In this document: positions 18,901-28,402 of the stretch, one piece after another
Layout of the letters: each line of letters begins with the position of its first letter
Position numbering within the stretch: position 1 is the first letter of the stretch
Assembly: GCA_013180605.1 (NCBI GenBank)
Contig: QBUL01000189.1
Span: forward strand, 2,483-66,482
DNA from: Candidatus Methanophagaceae archaeon GoMg1
Lineage (GTDB): Archaea; Halobacteriota; Syntropharchaeia; Alkanophagales; Methanospirareceae
Direction: 5' to 3'
Length of the DNA stretch: 64,000 nt
Made by a program: the position numbers and the translations under genes
Notes under the pieces: generated by a model
Seen by the model: only the letters and a program-made list of their open reading frames with translations
Databases searched by the model: none
What the model was told of the DNA's origin: nothing

Positions 18901-19040
18901 CTTGACAATGCCAGATTAACCGCAGAGTTCACAGAGAGTGCAGGAGATGGCGGTTTGGAGGTTTAGCGGGTTAGAACGGACTAACACAGGATACCTAACA
19001 CCTAATTCCCTCTGCAGACTCTGCGTTCTCTGCGGTGAAT
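18901..19040 (+). repeat. MITE-like element with terminal inverted repeats (TTAACCGCAGAG…CTCTGCGGTGAA); flanked by degenerate CAGATTA motifs at 18871-18900 and an inverted CAGATTAAC doublet at 19092-19122
   Basis: About 85% identical to the reverse complement of 53627-53754. Related copies at 21451-21586, 30033-30136, 31055-31219 and 60634-60774. Confidence 0.75.
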
Positions 19041-19575
19041 TTTGAAATGCGACACTGTCAAATTAACTCTAACATTATTGATTCTGACTGTCAATCTGTG
19101 TTAATCTGCGTTAATCTGTGTCATCAATTTATTTTTTCAGATACGTTGCCGCGATCCCAAATCAGTGTGCCTGTCTCATGGACACGCTATTCAAGCGAGC
19201 AAGGAGATTCTTCACGGTTGATGCACTGTGACGGCTTCCATTGTAGACAAAATAAAGTCGTAAGCTAAGTTAAGTTTCTTTATCTCCATGGGAAGAGGAT
19301 GGTCCTGGCGCCATTTTTTTTTTGGTAGAGTGTGTCGTCCTGTTCGGCGCTCAGATCAGCGACACATCCACTGGCATGGCCAATAATGAGCTTAATGGCA
19401 CCAATATTGCATAAGAAGGGCATTTAAGCTTACAGTTGATGATATGTAGGTGGCACATCTAATTCTGTTCAGGTGTTTATAATAAAGGAATAAATTATTG
19501 TGGGTCCAACGACATTGCCTAAATCAAAATATTCGCTAGTTTTATAAGGAATAAAAGCGATATTAACAAGTAAAT

Positions 19576-21435
19576 TTGGAGGTTGGTAAAAAGATGGCAA
19601 AAACAATAGGTATAGATGTAGGAACGAGCAATTCCGCTGCGGCTGCATTGATCGGTGGTAAGTCCACGATAATCCCAAGCGCGGAGGGGACAAGTCTTGG
19701 AGGCAAAGCATTCCCCTCGTATGTGGCATTTACGAAAGATGGGCAGATGCTGGTTGGAGAACCTGCGAAAAGGCAGGCGGTGTCCAATCCTGAAGGGACG
19801 GTGATGGCAATCAAGCGTAAGATGGGCACGGACTACAAGGTGAAGGTTCATGGCAAGGAATACACGCCACAGCAAATAACCGCTTTCATTCTCCAAAAGA
19901 TAAAACGTGACGCAGAAGCATTCTTGAGCGATAAAGTTGACAAGGCGGTCTTAACCGTGCCGGCATACTTCAATGACAACCAGAGGACTGCGACAAAGGA
20001 TGCAGGTGCGATTGCCGGTTTAGAAGTCGTCAGAATAATTAACGAACCCACAGCCGCGGCGCTTGCTTACGGAATTGACAAAGCAGAGAAAGAGCAGAAG
20101 ATCCTGGTATTCGATTTTGGCGGTGGCACACTTGACGTAACGACTATGGAGTTCAGCGAAGGTGTATTTGAGGTCATATCCACGAGTGGAGACACCCAAT
20201 TGGGAGGCACAGACATGGATAGCGCAATCGTGGATTACGTAGCGGAAGAGTTCAAGAAGGAATCGGGGATTGATGTGAGGAAGGATAGTATGGCGGTGCA
20301 AAGGCTGCGGGAGGCGAGTGAAAAGGCGAAGATAGAACTTTCTAATGTGCTTGAGACCGATATAAACCTGCCTTTCATCACCGCGGACGCCTCTGGACCG
20401 AAGCACCTCGTCATGAAACTCACGCGGGCAAAATTAGAGGAACTCGTGAGACCAATCGTGGATAAATGTAAAACTTCAGTAGACAGGGTATTACAGGATG
20501 CTAAACTCTCTCCCCCGGACATCACCAAAATCATTTTCGTTGGTGGACCGACGAGGATGCCAATAGTGCAGAAATTTGTCGAGGATTACGTGGGTGTGAA
20601 AGGAGAGCGTGGCGTTGACCCGATGGAATGCGTAGCGACGGGTGCTGCAATACAGGCAGGTGTTCTGACTGGCGAAGTAAAGGATGTACTGCTGCTGGAT
20701 GTCACTCCACTCTCGCTTGGTATTGAGACCTTAGGCGGCGTGTTCACCAAATTAATCGAAAGGAACACCACGATTCCCACGCGGAAGGGCGAAATATTTT
20801 CGACTGCAGCGGATAATCAAACGAGCGTAGAGATCAATGTTCTGCAAGGCGAGCGCGAATTTGCGAGGGATAACACTTCCCTTGGGAGGTTCCATCTGAT
20901 GGATATTCCGCCCGCGCCAAGAGGCGTGCCTCAAATTGAGGTTACCTTCGACATTGATTCCAACGGCATATTAAATGCCACAGCCAAGGACATGGGCACG
21001 GGGAAGCAGCAGGCAATCACAATCACAGCGTCAACTAAACTAGCTCAAAGTGAGATAGACAGGATGGTTGATGAGGCGACACGATTTGAAGATGAGGATA
21101 AAAGGCGTCGTGAAGCGGTGGAAACGAAAAATCAGGCTGAGAATCTTGTATATACCACTGAAAGGTCGCTCACGGATTTGGGCGATAAGGTCACGAGTGA
21201 CGAACGGACGAGGATTAATGCGATTACAGAACGATTGAAGGAGACAATAAAGAGCGAAGACGTCCACAAGATACGGGCTGAGATGGAGGAATTGACACGT
21301 GCATTCCACGAGATTTCAACGCGTGCATATCAACAAGCAGGAGCACAGTATCAGCAACGAGAAGGTCCAAAGGCAAAGGAAGAGAAAAAAGGGCCCGAGG
21401 ATGTGGAATACAAGGTGATGGATGAGGAGGAATGA
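19576..21435 (+). CDS. dnaK: Hsp70 chaperone DnaK
   Basis: '[13 protein letters not shown]', '[11 protein letters not shown]', '[14 protein letters not shown]'. No grpE upstream in this window. Confidence 0.95.
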   Translation: MEVGKKMAKTIGIDVGTSNSAAAALIGGKSTIIPSAEGTSLGGKAFPSYVAFTKDGQMLVGEPAKRQAVSNPEGTVMAIKRKMGTDYKVKVHGKEYTPQQITAFILQKIKRDAEAFLSDKVDKAVLTVPAYFNDNQRTATKDAGAIAGLEVVRIINEPTAAALAYGIDKAEKEQKILVFDFGGGTLDVTTMEFSEGVFEVISTSGDTQLGGTDMDSAIVDYVAEEFKKESGIDVRKDSMAVQRLREASEKAKIELSNVLETDINLPFITADASGPKHLVMKLTRAKLEELVRPIVDKCKTSVDRVLQDAKLSPPDITKIIFVGGPTRMPIVQKFVEDYVGVKGERGVDPMECVATGAAIQAGVLTGEVKDVLLLDVTPLSLGIETLGGVFTKLIERNTTIPTRKGEIFSTAADNQTSVEINVLQGEREFARDNTSLGRFHLMDIPPAPRGVPQIEVTFDIDSNGILNATAKDMGTGKQQAITITASTKLAQSEIDRMVDEATRFEDEDKRRREAVETKNQAENLVYTTERSLTDLGDKVTSDERTRINAITERLKETIKSEDVHKIRAEMEELTRAFHEISTRAYQQAGAQYQQREGPKAKEEKKGPEDVEYKVMDEEE

Positions 21436-21450
21436 AAAAAGTGCATTTGT

Positions 21451-21586
21451 TTACCGCCGAGATCACGGAGAGCGCTGAGATGACGTGAAGGTATGAGTTG
21501 TAAGTAAGCCAAACTCCTCAAACCTGAACCCTCAAACCTCACACCTACGCTGACTCTCTGTGTTCTCTGCGGGCTTTGCGGTGAGT
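21451..21586 (+). repeat. MITE-like element, subfamily with internal 'aaggtatgagttgt' and 'aacct-aaacct' tracts
   Basis: TIRs 'accgccgagatcacggagagcgctgag' and 'ctctctgtgttctctgcggg…gcggtgag'; close relative of 60634-60774. Confidence 0.7.
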
Positions 21587-21602
21587 AACAAGTACAAAAA
21601 TT

Positions 21603-21977
21603 TTAATCATTCCCTCTCCCCTCTCCAAGGTTCTTTATGCTTTTTACCCGAAATTTGTTGAGTTCAATGTCTTTTCCCTCCCGGAAAACATTCTCTATAA
21701 ACTTATTGCCTTCATCCATCATCCTGCGTATTTCAGGCGTGGTGTAGCCAATAGGTTCAATCTGTTTCGACTTCAAAAAGTATAATTTCGCCTGCCTCTT
21801 GAACCACTCATCCGGGAAGTCATCAGATACCAGAAGAAGGTCAATATCACTGTGCGGATAAAAGTCACCTCTGCTCCTCGAACCAAACAATACCACTCGC
21901 TTTAATCTAAACTCGCGGTCAACTCTTCTGCAATATTCGATTACCCGCTCTATTATTGAGCCCGTTTCTCTGCCCAT
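21603..21977 (-). CDS. Minimal nucleotidyltransferase (MNT/Pol-beta superfamily), solo with no HEPN partner
   Basis: 'VVLFGSRSRGDFYPHSDIDLLLVSDD' is the GS…D.D motif. Confidence 0.7.
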   Translation of the reverse strand: MGRETGSIIERVIEYCRRVDREFRLKRVVLFGSRSRGDFYPHSDIDLLLVSDDFPDEWFKRQAKLYFLKSKQIEPIGYTTPEIRRMMDEGNKFIENVFREGKDIELNKFRVKSIKNLGEGRGND

Positions 21978-22316
21978 TCAAGCAACCTCCTGCTATTTTT
22001 TAGACATTCTTCACTTCTTTTGAGTAGACTTGTTGCTAATTAAAGATACTCCATACGCAAAGGCTTTTAGTTAGATAGGACAAGTATAATAAATTATGAT
22101 ATCTCTTAACGATAGGGTAATGAGAGCCACAACAGGGCTCTATCCGCATCAGAATTCAATCACCTGGCGAAGCGTTCCGGTCAAGCAAAAACAACTCTCT
22201 TTTAAGTGCTGTCTCTAACAGGCCAATCGCTGTCGCAACATCCGGAACCTCAAGCGTTATCATTTTGCATTTTGCATTGTCAGCACAAAAACCATCGGTT
22301 TTTTGTGTTGACTCGC

Positions 22317-24218
22317 CTAGACACCCCTGTTGAAATGCCCCCGAGTGTGTTTCCGCAGTACGGACTTTTTAGCGGGTTTTCCATCTAGGATATACCGGTA
22401 CAGACGAATTATCTTCTCTGCTTTCCCGTCTGTAAGGTCAAGAAAGAATTTCATTATTCCCGAATCCCGAAGCATGGTTATGTCGTTGAAGATACCAATG
22501 GGCAAGCTGTTAAGTATCTGAGTGTAATTGAATTCCTTTCGTACGGGAAAAGCAAAACCACGTTCGTCCTTCAACGATCGCACTTTAAGCGGATATTTGG
22601 TGGTCATAAGTACCGGTCTGCCGTGAACAAGAACCGCGAAATTTTTGTTCGCGAATTCCTGGAGCTCATCGCAATTGAGCTCCAGAGAGATTATCGGAAC
22701 GGCACCCTTAACAAAAGCCATATCTATATCGTTAAAGACGTTAGTGGAATAGTCGAGATAACTTTTGGATCCGGATAGCGCAGATAACAGCCCGCCGTTT
22801 CCGAGCAGTACCGCCTCTGAATCCTTCACCATACTTATAGCGTACTTTGCATTGGAGTCCGACAGGATCCGAGGGATATATGGTAACGCATCGGCATCGT
22901 GAAAATCGCGTGCGAAGACCGAGTAAAAGACATAGTCAGCACCTGCTCTTGATGCGCCCATTGCGTCCTCTTTAGAATATACCTTTGCTAATATCTCAAG
23001 ACCGTCTGATTCAGTCTTTTCGATTTCAGGTATTTGTAGCCGCTGCTTTGATCTTACCGGCGTGCCTATTTTGGGTTTTGGCTTTACAGGTGCATACTGA
23101 GTCTTCTTCCGTGACGAGGTCTTGTAGATTCTATCACCTGCATCTACACGGATGAACAGTTTTATTCTTTCGCCCGTACATGCTGAAGCGACCGAGCCAC
23201 CGTCTTTTTCCAGTCGCTTTATAACCGCGCCATCAATCCCGTTTTTGGTCCAGATGCTGATCCCGTCACTAACCGCGAGGTCTTCATGCAGTGTAATCAT
23301 TGTGTCCTCTTCAATCAGACCCAGAAAGACACCACGATTCTTCGGGCTGTCATCGGCTATGATCTCTCGTGCACCGAACATGTAGCCCTCGGTAAATCCG
23401 CGATTGAAAACAAGTGCTAACGCCTTCAATTCCTGTTCCGGCAGCCTGAAATTCCCAGCATAATATGAATCCACCGAAAGGCGGTAGACACGCGTTGCAA
23501 GTGCAGTATACTGCGGACTTCTGAGCCGCCCCTCGATCTTTAATGATGTCACTCCTGCCGATATTATCTCAGGAATCCTGCCGGCGAGGCATAACTCCTT
23601 TGTGCTCAACAGGTAGCTGTTGTTGTATCTCTTTCGGCACGGCTGTGCGCATACACCGCGGTTTCCACTTCTGCCACCTAATAAACTTGAGAATAGACAC
23701 TGGCCACTGTAACTGAAGCATAAAGCACCATGGACAAATACTTCGGTCTCTAGCCCTATCTTATCGACAAAATATTTTAGCTCTGCAAGTGTAAACTCCC
23801 TTGGAATCGTGACCCTATCGGCACCGGAAAGTAACGTAGAAAAGTAAGTGTTTGTTATCCCTGCCTGCGTTGACATATGGATTCTCAAATCTGGGAACGC
23901 ATCTTTAAGTATGCGTGCAAAAGAGATGTGCTGGATTATTATTCCGTCTATGCCACTGGCATATGCATCGGATATTGTATAGAAGAACTCACGCAGTTCA
24001 CTGTTTTTTATCAGGATATTAAATGCGCCGTATGCGCGTACACCATTATCATGTGCGTATGCTACGGCATCACGGAGCTGTTTTACAGTGAAACTCTCTG
24101 CACGCTGTCTCGCATTGAAGCTACCCACGCCGAAATAGACTGCATCTGCCCCGTTTTCTACTGCCGGCTTGAGTGATTTACAACCTCCTACTGGTGACAG
24201 AACTTCTACTTTTTTCAC
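22317..24218 (-). CDS. Peptidase-U32-family protein (633 aa, with C-terminal extension)
   Basis: The N-terminal ~300 aa match the U32 fold: 'VEVLSPVGGCKSLKPAVENGADAVYFG' and 'ALCFSYSGQCLFSSLLGGRSGNRGVCAQPCRKRY'. Confidence 0.8.
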   Translation of the reverse strand: MKKVEVLSPVGGCKSLKPAVENGADAVYFGVGSFNARQRAESFTVKQLRDAVAYAHDNGVRAYGAFNILIKNSELREFFYTISDAYASGIDGIIIQHISFARILKDAFPDLRIHMSTQAGITNTYFSTLLSGADRVTIPREFTLAELKYFVDKIGLETEVFVHGALCFSYSGQCLFSSLLGGRSGNRGVCAQPCRKRYNNSYLLSTKELCLAGRIPEIISAGVTSLKIEGRLRSPQYTALATRVYRLSVDSYYAGNFRLPEQELKALALVFNRGFTEGYMFGAREIIADDSPKNRGVFLGLIEEDTMITLHEDLAVSDGISIWTKNGIDGAVIKRLEKDGGSVASACTGERIKLFIRVDAGDRIYKTSSRKKTQYAPVKPKPKIGTPVRSKQRLQIPEIEKTESDGLEILAKVYSKEDAMGASRAGADYVFYSVFARDFHDADALPYIPRILSDSNAKYAISMVKDSEAVLLGNGGLLSALSGSKSYLDYSTNVFNDIDMAFVKGAVPIISLELNCDELQEFANKNFAVLVHGRPVLMTTKYPLKVRSLKDERGFAFPVRKEFNYTQILNSLPIGIFNDITMLRDSGIMKFFLDLTDGKAEKIIRLYRYILDGKPAKKSVLRKHTRGHFNRGV

Positions 24219-24238
24219 TATGATATAATATATATAAA

Positions 24239-24667
24239 ATGGAAAGATTTAAAAGGGTCTTCTTCTCGTGCTCGATGCGTGGTGGGTTTGGACGAGTCGC
24301 ACAGGAAGAGCTGAGGAAAATACCGGATATAATAGAAGAGCTGGGGATGGTGGTGATAAGCAGACATCAAACGAGCGAACGATTTATGGAAAGTGAGTCA
24401 CGATTGACAGATAAGGCGATTCACGATCGTGATTACGGATGGCTTAATGATGCAGACACGGTAATAGCAGAGATAACGAACCCGAGCCTCGGTGTCGGTG
24501 CGGAAATAGCAGATGCGGTTAACCTGGGTATTCCTGTGTTATGTGTATATAGAACAGATTATGAACGCCAGATTTCGGCATATATACGCGGTAAAGCGGG
24601 TGTTGTGTGTAGGGCATATTCAGATCATGACGAGCTGAAAGATGTGATCAGGGAGTTTGTGCTTTGA
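24239..24667 (+). CDS. 2'-deoxynucleoside 5'-phosphate N-hydrolase, DNPH1/Rcl ortholog (nucleoside 2-deoxyribosyltransferase-like fold)
   Basis: Aligns along its length with mammalian Rcl from memory: 'VFFSCSMRGG' vs 'VYFCGSIRGG', and 'IHDRDYGWLNDADTVIAEITNPSLGVGAEIADAVNLGIPVLCVY' vs 'IHEQDLNWLQQADVVVAEVTQPSLGVGYELGRAVALGKPILCLF'. Confidence 0.8.
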   Translation: MERFKRVFFSCSMRGGFGRVAQEELRKIPDIIEELGMVVISRHQTSERFMESESRLTDKAIHDRDYGWLNDADTVIAEITNPSLGVGAEIADAVNLGIPVLCVYRTDYERQISAYIRGKAGVVCRAYSDHDELKDVIREFVL

Positions 24668-24775
24668 TTCTTGTTGTATATAAGGTATAACTTCTACTTA
24701 TCCAAGACGCAGATTTACACTGATTTAATTTCTTCTGCGTTAATCAGCGTTAATCTGTGTCAATAATTAATTTTA
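24661..24775 (-). promoter_or_regulatory. Inverted copy of the CAGATTAAC cassette. Its promoter motif (reverse complement of 24661-24700: ATCTGCGTCTTGGATAAGTAGAAGTTATACCTTATATACAAC) points leftward into the 3' end of the DNPH1-like gene and toward the U32 gene.
   Basis: Reverse complement of 24700-24775 is 'ttgacacagattaacgctgattaacgcag…aatcagtgtaaatctgcgtc', the cassette consensus. Confidence 0.6.
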
Positions 24776-24945
24776 GTTGGATATTATGCTTTCTTGTTAT
24801 TGGAGATGGACGGTATTTTTCAGAAAATATCTCATACATAATCATCGCTAACCTTTTTCTCGCTTCAGCTAAATCGAAGTCATATTCCTTTTCTTTTTCT
24901 TTATCTACAACTAATACCTATTCCTTTTTACTTTTAGATTCCTTT

Positions 24946-25743
24946 TCAGCTATCTCCAAAAGGCAAATCTTTAACTAATTGACTTATTTCTTCACGTTCG
25001 GGCTTGGTCTTTTTTTCATAAATGTCACTCAGTTTTGCCATCTCATCCATTGAAAGGTATTTAATTCCATTGTCGGTTATTAAACACATGTCCGTTGATT
25101 TTCCTACTCCCTGGGATACTTCTGCATTCCTCTTTGCTTCATAAACTAAATATACTGCGTGATTTATAGAATTTTTAGGCGTATAATTGTTTAACATAAA
25201 TGTTGAAAGGGCATGAAGTTCACCAGACCCAATAGCATTGTATCCTAATGAATCATAACAGTCTGAAACACCTGGATCACGAACACCATGGATATGCGCA
25301 CCTTCATTATCTAATCCTACAATCAGAATCTCTAATTCATATTCTGTCTCTTCTATTTTTTTATGTATACCGACAACGATCTCAGCAGGTAATGAATCTG
25401 CATACTCCTTATAAAACGACTCCAAAGTCATTCCCTTTGGTTTGAGATACAGCTCTTCTACCCTGTTTTTTCTTTGTTCCACAAAACTATCCTTAATGCT
25501 CTTGGTGATTCGTGAAACCAATGGCTTGGAGATAGTAGCAAGGTCAGATTTCACCTCTCTAAAGAGTTCTGTATGGGCTAAAGCAGAACCTGCCGTGAGG
25601 GCTACGCAAGTGTCTGAAAGTTCCTCTATTTTTGGTGTATCATGTTCAAATTCGATTGGGGGATACCAGGCAGTCACCATCTTGTCAGATGCCACTACCG
25701 CAGCTTTATATTCATCACATATCGCTCCGATACATATTGTCAT
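24946..25743 (-). CDS. Proteasome-beta/HslV/Anbu-like N-terminal-nucleophile hydrolase (Thr directly after the initiator Met, no propeptide)
   Basis: 'MTICIGAICDEYKAAVVASDKMVT…DTCVALTAGSA…YNAIGSGELHA' follows the T1-peptidase fold pattern 'TTxVGI…vvLAaD.R.t…A.tiAGs…GSG'. Length 265 aa with a C-terminal extension. Confidence 0.6.
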   Translation of the reverse strand: MTICIGAICDEYKAAVVASDKMVTAWYPPIEFEHDTPKIEELSDTCVALTAGSALAHTELFREVKSDLATISKPLVSRITKSIKDSFVEQRKNRVEELYLKPKGMTLESFYKEYADSLPAEIVVGIHKKIEETEYELEILIVGLDNEGAHIHGVRDPGVSDCYDSLGYNAIGSGELHALSTFMLNNYTPKNSINHAVYLVYEAKRNAEVSQGVGKSTDMCLITDNGIKYLSMDEMAKLSDIYEKKTKPEREEISQLVKDLPFGDS

Positions 25744-25834
25744 CCTATCCCTTTATCCCCCCCCTCGTCATTTCAATATTAAAGTAGTAGTTCATAATAT
25801 AAATTAATGCGGCTATTAAATAACATATATAGCT

Positions 25835-26977
25835 ATGCCAAAGAAAGATTATTACGAGATACTCGGCGTTAGCAGAGACGCCAAAGAGAAAGATATAAAA
25901 AAAGCATATCGAAGATTGGCAAAGCAATATCACCCCGATACATACAAAGGCGATAAAAAAGAGGCTGAGGAGAAGTTCAAAGAGATTTCTGAGGCATACG
26001 AGGTGCTGGTTGACAAGGATAAACGTGCGAAGTATGACCAGATTGGGTCAAGGGTAGCGGACGAAGCTTTTGGACCCGAAGGTTTCAATTGGAGCCACTT
26101 CACGCATTCTCAGGATGTTGAGGACATCTTCGGGAATGCAATATTTGATTCGTTCTTCAGGTCTGCCGCCAGTCCTGGATTTGCAGGCAGTGGTGGAATA
26201 TTTGACACCCTCTTTGGAACACGAGAAGGGATACAAAGACCGGTTGTTCGCGGCGTTAACGTGCGTTTGAATTTGGATATTACGCTTGAAGGTGCAGCTC
26301 TGGGTGCAGAAAAGACGATTGAAGTCCCGATGTCACGGACATGCAAAGCTTGTGGAGGTTCCGGAACTCGTTCCGGGAAATCCGGTGCGTGTCCCTATTG
26401 CAAAGGTACCGGTCAGATAAGAAACGTGCAAAATAGAGGGGGTACCCGCGTGATAACCGCTGCGGTCTGCCCTCAGTGCAGAGGCACGGGGAGAGCCACT
26501 TACGACCTCTGCAACGTATGCGGTGGAACGGGTACCGTATCAAAGCGAACAAAGATATTGCTTAAGATTAAGAAAGGTGCTTATACTGGCTATGAAATAA
26601 AGATACCAAAAGCTGGAAGAGCTCCAGAGTCCAGGATTGGCGGAGAACCAGGCGACCTGTACGTGGTATTAAACGTTTTACCACATCCAATCTTTGAAAG
26701 ACGAGGAGATGACCTTTATATGAAAACGCCGGTAAGTTTTGCCCAGGCAGCCCTGGGTGGTGAAGTCGTGGTCACCACAATAGACAAAAAACGTGTGAAG
26801 GTGAAAATCCCGTCGGAAACGCAGACAAATACGCAATTTCGCTTGCACAGACTGGGAATGCCAAGGATTGATGGTGGAGGTCGTGGAGATGTATATGTGG
26901 AGGCGGTCGTGCAAACGCCAAAGAATCTTACGGAGAGGCAGAAGGAACTGTTACGGGATGCGTTAGTTGATATGTGA
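25835..26977 (+). CDS. dnaJ: Hsp40 co-chaperone DnaJ
   Basis: J-domain '[31 protein letters not shown]', Gly/Phe region, four CxxCxGxG zinc-finger repeats. Confidence 0.95.
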   Translation: MPKKDYYEILGVSRDAKEKDIKKAYRRLAKQYHPDTYKGDKKEAEEKFKEISEAYEVLVDKDKRAKYDQIGSRVADEAFGPEGFNWSHFTHSQDVEDIFGNAIFDSFFRSAASPGFAGSGGIFDTLFGTREGIQRPVVRGVNVRLNLDITLEGAALGAEKTIEVPMSRTCKACGGSGTRSGKSGACPYCKGTGQIRNVQNRGGTRVITAAVCPQCRGTGRATYDLCNVCGGTGTVSKRTKILLKIKKGAYTGYEIKIPKAGRAPESRIGGEPGDLYVVLNVLPHPIFERRGDDLYMKTPVSFAQAALGGEVVVTTIDKKRVKVKIPSETQTNTQFRLHRLGMPRIDGGGRGDVYVEAVVQTPKNLTERQKELLRDALVDM

Positions 26978-27111
26978 AAACTTAGAGATATTACTTTACA
27001 GGAGCTTTGCCCTTTTAAAATATCAAATAGTGATACACACTTTTTTTTCTGGCATATTTGGTAAGGTCGTTTACAGCAGTAATAGCAGGATTACCACTAC
27101 CAATTACCGCT

Positions 27112-28107
27112 TTACATTTGTGGCACAATATGCACGCCAACAATCATCGGATACGCACCGTATTCCAGCCTACCAATGCCGTAATCCGTATAAGTAAGAC
27201 CAACAGCGAGATAAGTATCGTTTTTCTTTAAATACAGGAGCATTCTCAGCCCGTAAGTCCAGCGATGCTTTTTCTTTAGCTCGTTCCATGTTTTGTAGAA
27301 GTCATCACACCTGCACGACCATCTTCGGTAGGTTCTGCCTGAGGAATCCTTGAAGTTAAAACGGATGTACAGTTCATAGCCTTTGCCTTTTCCCGTTTTC
27401 TTTCCCGCAGGCTCTTCATAGACATGCAAAATGCGTGGTTTTATCAATCCTAAGCTCCTGCCTCTTTTGAATACTTCATCTACTGAACCATCAACGTTTC
27501 GCTCTAAGAAATCTCTTTTCTCTTCTTCGCTTAGCTCCCTTTCCACGCTATCGGCATAAACAAAAAACCTGTCCTCTTTTCGTGGTCGCCTGCCTCTCCA
27601 CGCATCAACGTATATTTTTGAGATGCAGAGGTTTTTGAAATTTGCTCCTCCAGCTCCAGCACAAAAAACATCGTGTTCATAAACGCCTTGTGGCCTTATC
27701 CATTTACCGTTCTCGTCTATACCTGCGATGCAGACCCGTCCATGCTCAGGTCTTGCAACTGCCAGTACGGTAAGACGCTGCGCGGGTGCGCGATTTAACG
27801 GGGCAATATTCGCAGTAATCTCTGTTATTCGTGTGTATTTCCCTGCATTCACTCTTTTCTCGCTTCCTGCTCGCGCCGCATCAGGAACACGTGCGTTTTC
27901 TATCTTCAGCACGTCGCCTGCTTTTATATCGCCGTGAATAACGAGTTCTGCCTTTTCATCCCAGCACGATACCCTCTTGTAATCGAATTCATCGGCTATT
28001 ATGAGGTCAACGACCTTTTTGGTTTCGTCACCAACATCCACTTCTCTAAGTGGCATAATTCGAAGTACTTTTCCGGTTATGGTTATAGTTCTGGTTATGT
28101 TCGCCAT
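27112..28107 (-). CDS. Protein with an N-terminal RPA-like OB fold fused to a ~220-aa uncharacterised, Cys-containing C-terminal domain
   Basis: 'ITITGKVLRIMPLREVDVGDETKKVVDLIIADEFDYKRVSCWDEKAE' matches the archaeal RPA OB-fold pattern. The C-terminal part ('RVCIAGIDENGKW…WSCRCDDFYKTW') is unrecognised. Confidence 0.5.
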   Translation of the reverse strand: MANITRTITITGKVLRIMPLREVDVGDETKKVVDLIIADEFDYKRVSCWDEKAELVIHGDIKAGDVLKIENARVPDAARAGSEKRVNAGKYTRITEITANIAPLNRAPAQRLTVLAVARPEHGRVCIAGIDENGKWIRPQGVYEHDVFCAGAGGANFKNLCISKIYVDAWRGRRPRKEDRFFVYADSVERELSEEEKRDFLERNVDGSVDEVFKRGRSLGLIKPRILHVYEEPAGKKTGKGKGYELYIRFNFKDSSGRTYRRWSCRCDDFYKTWNELKKKHRWTYGLRMLLYLKKNDTYLAVGLTYTDYGIGRLEYGAYPMIVGVHIVPQM

Positions 28108-28402
28108 TGCCGAAGCACCTGTAAATGTTCCTTTTTTCTTTAGTAAAAGTTTCTTTTTTTGTATCTAATCAGGTTTTTAAAGTTTTTCTTTTTTGATAAA
28201 ATAGCGGTTTGCGAAATTATCTCGTTGTATATAATGTATAGCTTCTTTCTATTTAGAGGATTTTGATTTACTCCTTGTAATAGTCTCTTCTCTATATACT
28301 TTTGTGGTATTTTCACTCGTTTTTGGGTTCCTTTTTTTCAGCCCAGAATGAAAAATAGTGTGTGATAATCGTTAAAAAATCTAAAACAATCGTTTTATAA
28401 TT

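Noticed and set aside
19035-19268. 77-aa ORF upstream of dnaK
   Set aside because: It is made of repeat-element sequence (MITE end plus inverted CAGATTAAC doublet). No start context. More likely non-coding.
24757-24978. 73-aa ORF between the DNPH1-like and Anbu-like genes
   Set aside because: Low-complexity, AT-rich, no start context, and it overlaps the Anbu-like gene's 3' end. Likely spurious.
19576-26977. Expected grpE-dnaK-dnaJ operon
   Set aside because: grpE is not present upstream of dnaK in this window, and dnaJ is 4.4 kb downstream on the same strand. I did not report a grpE feature; it is presumably elsewhere in the genome.
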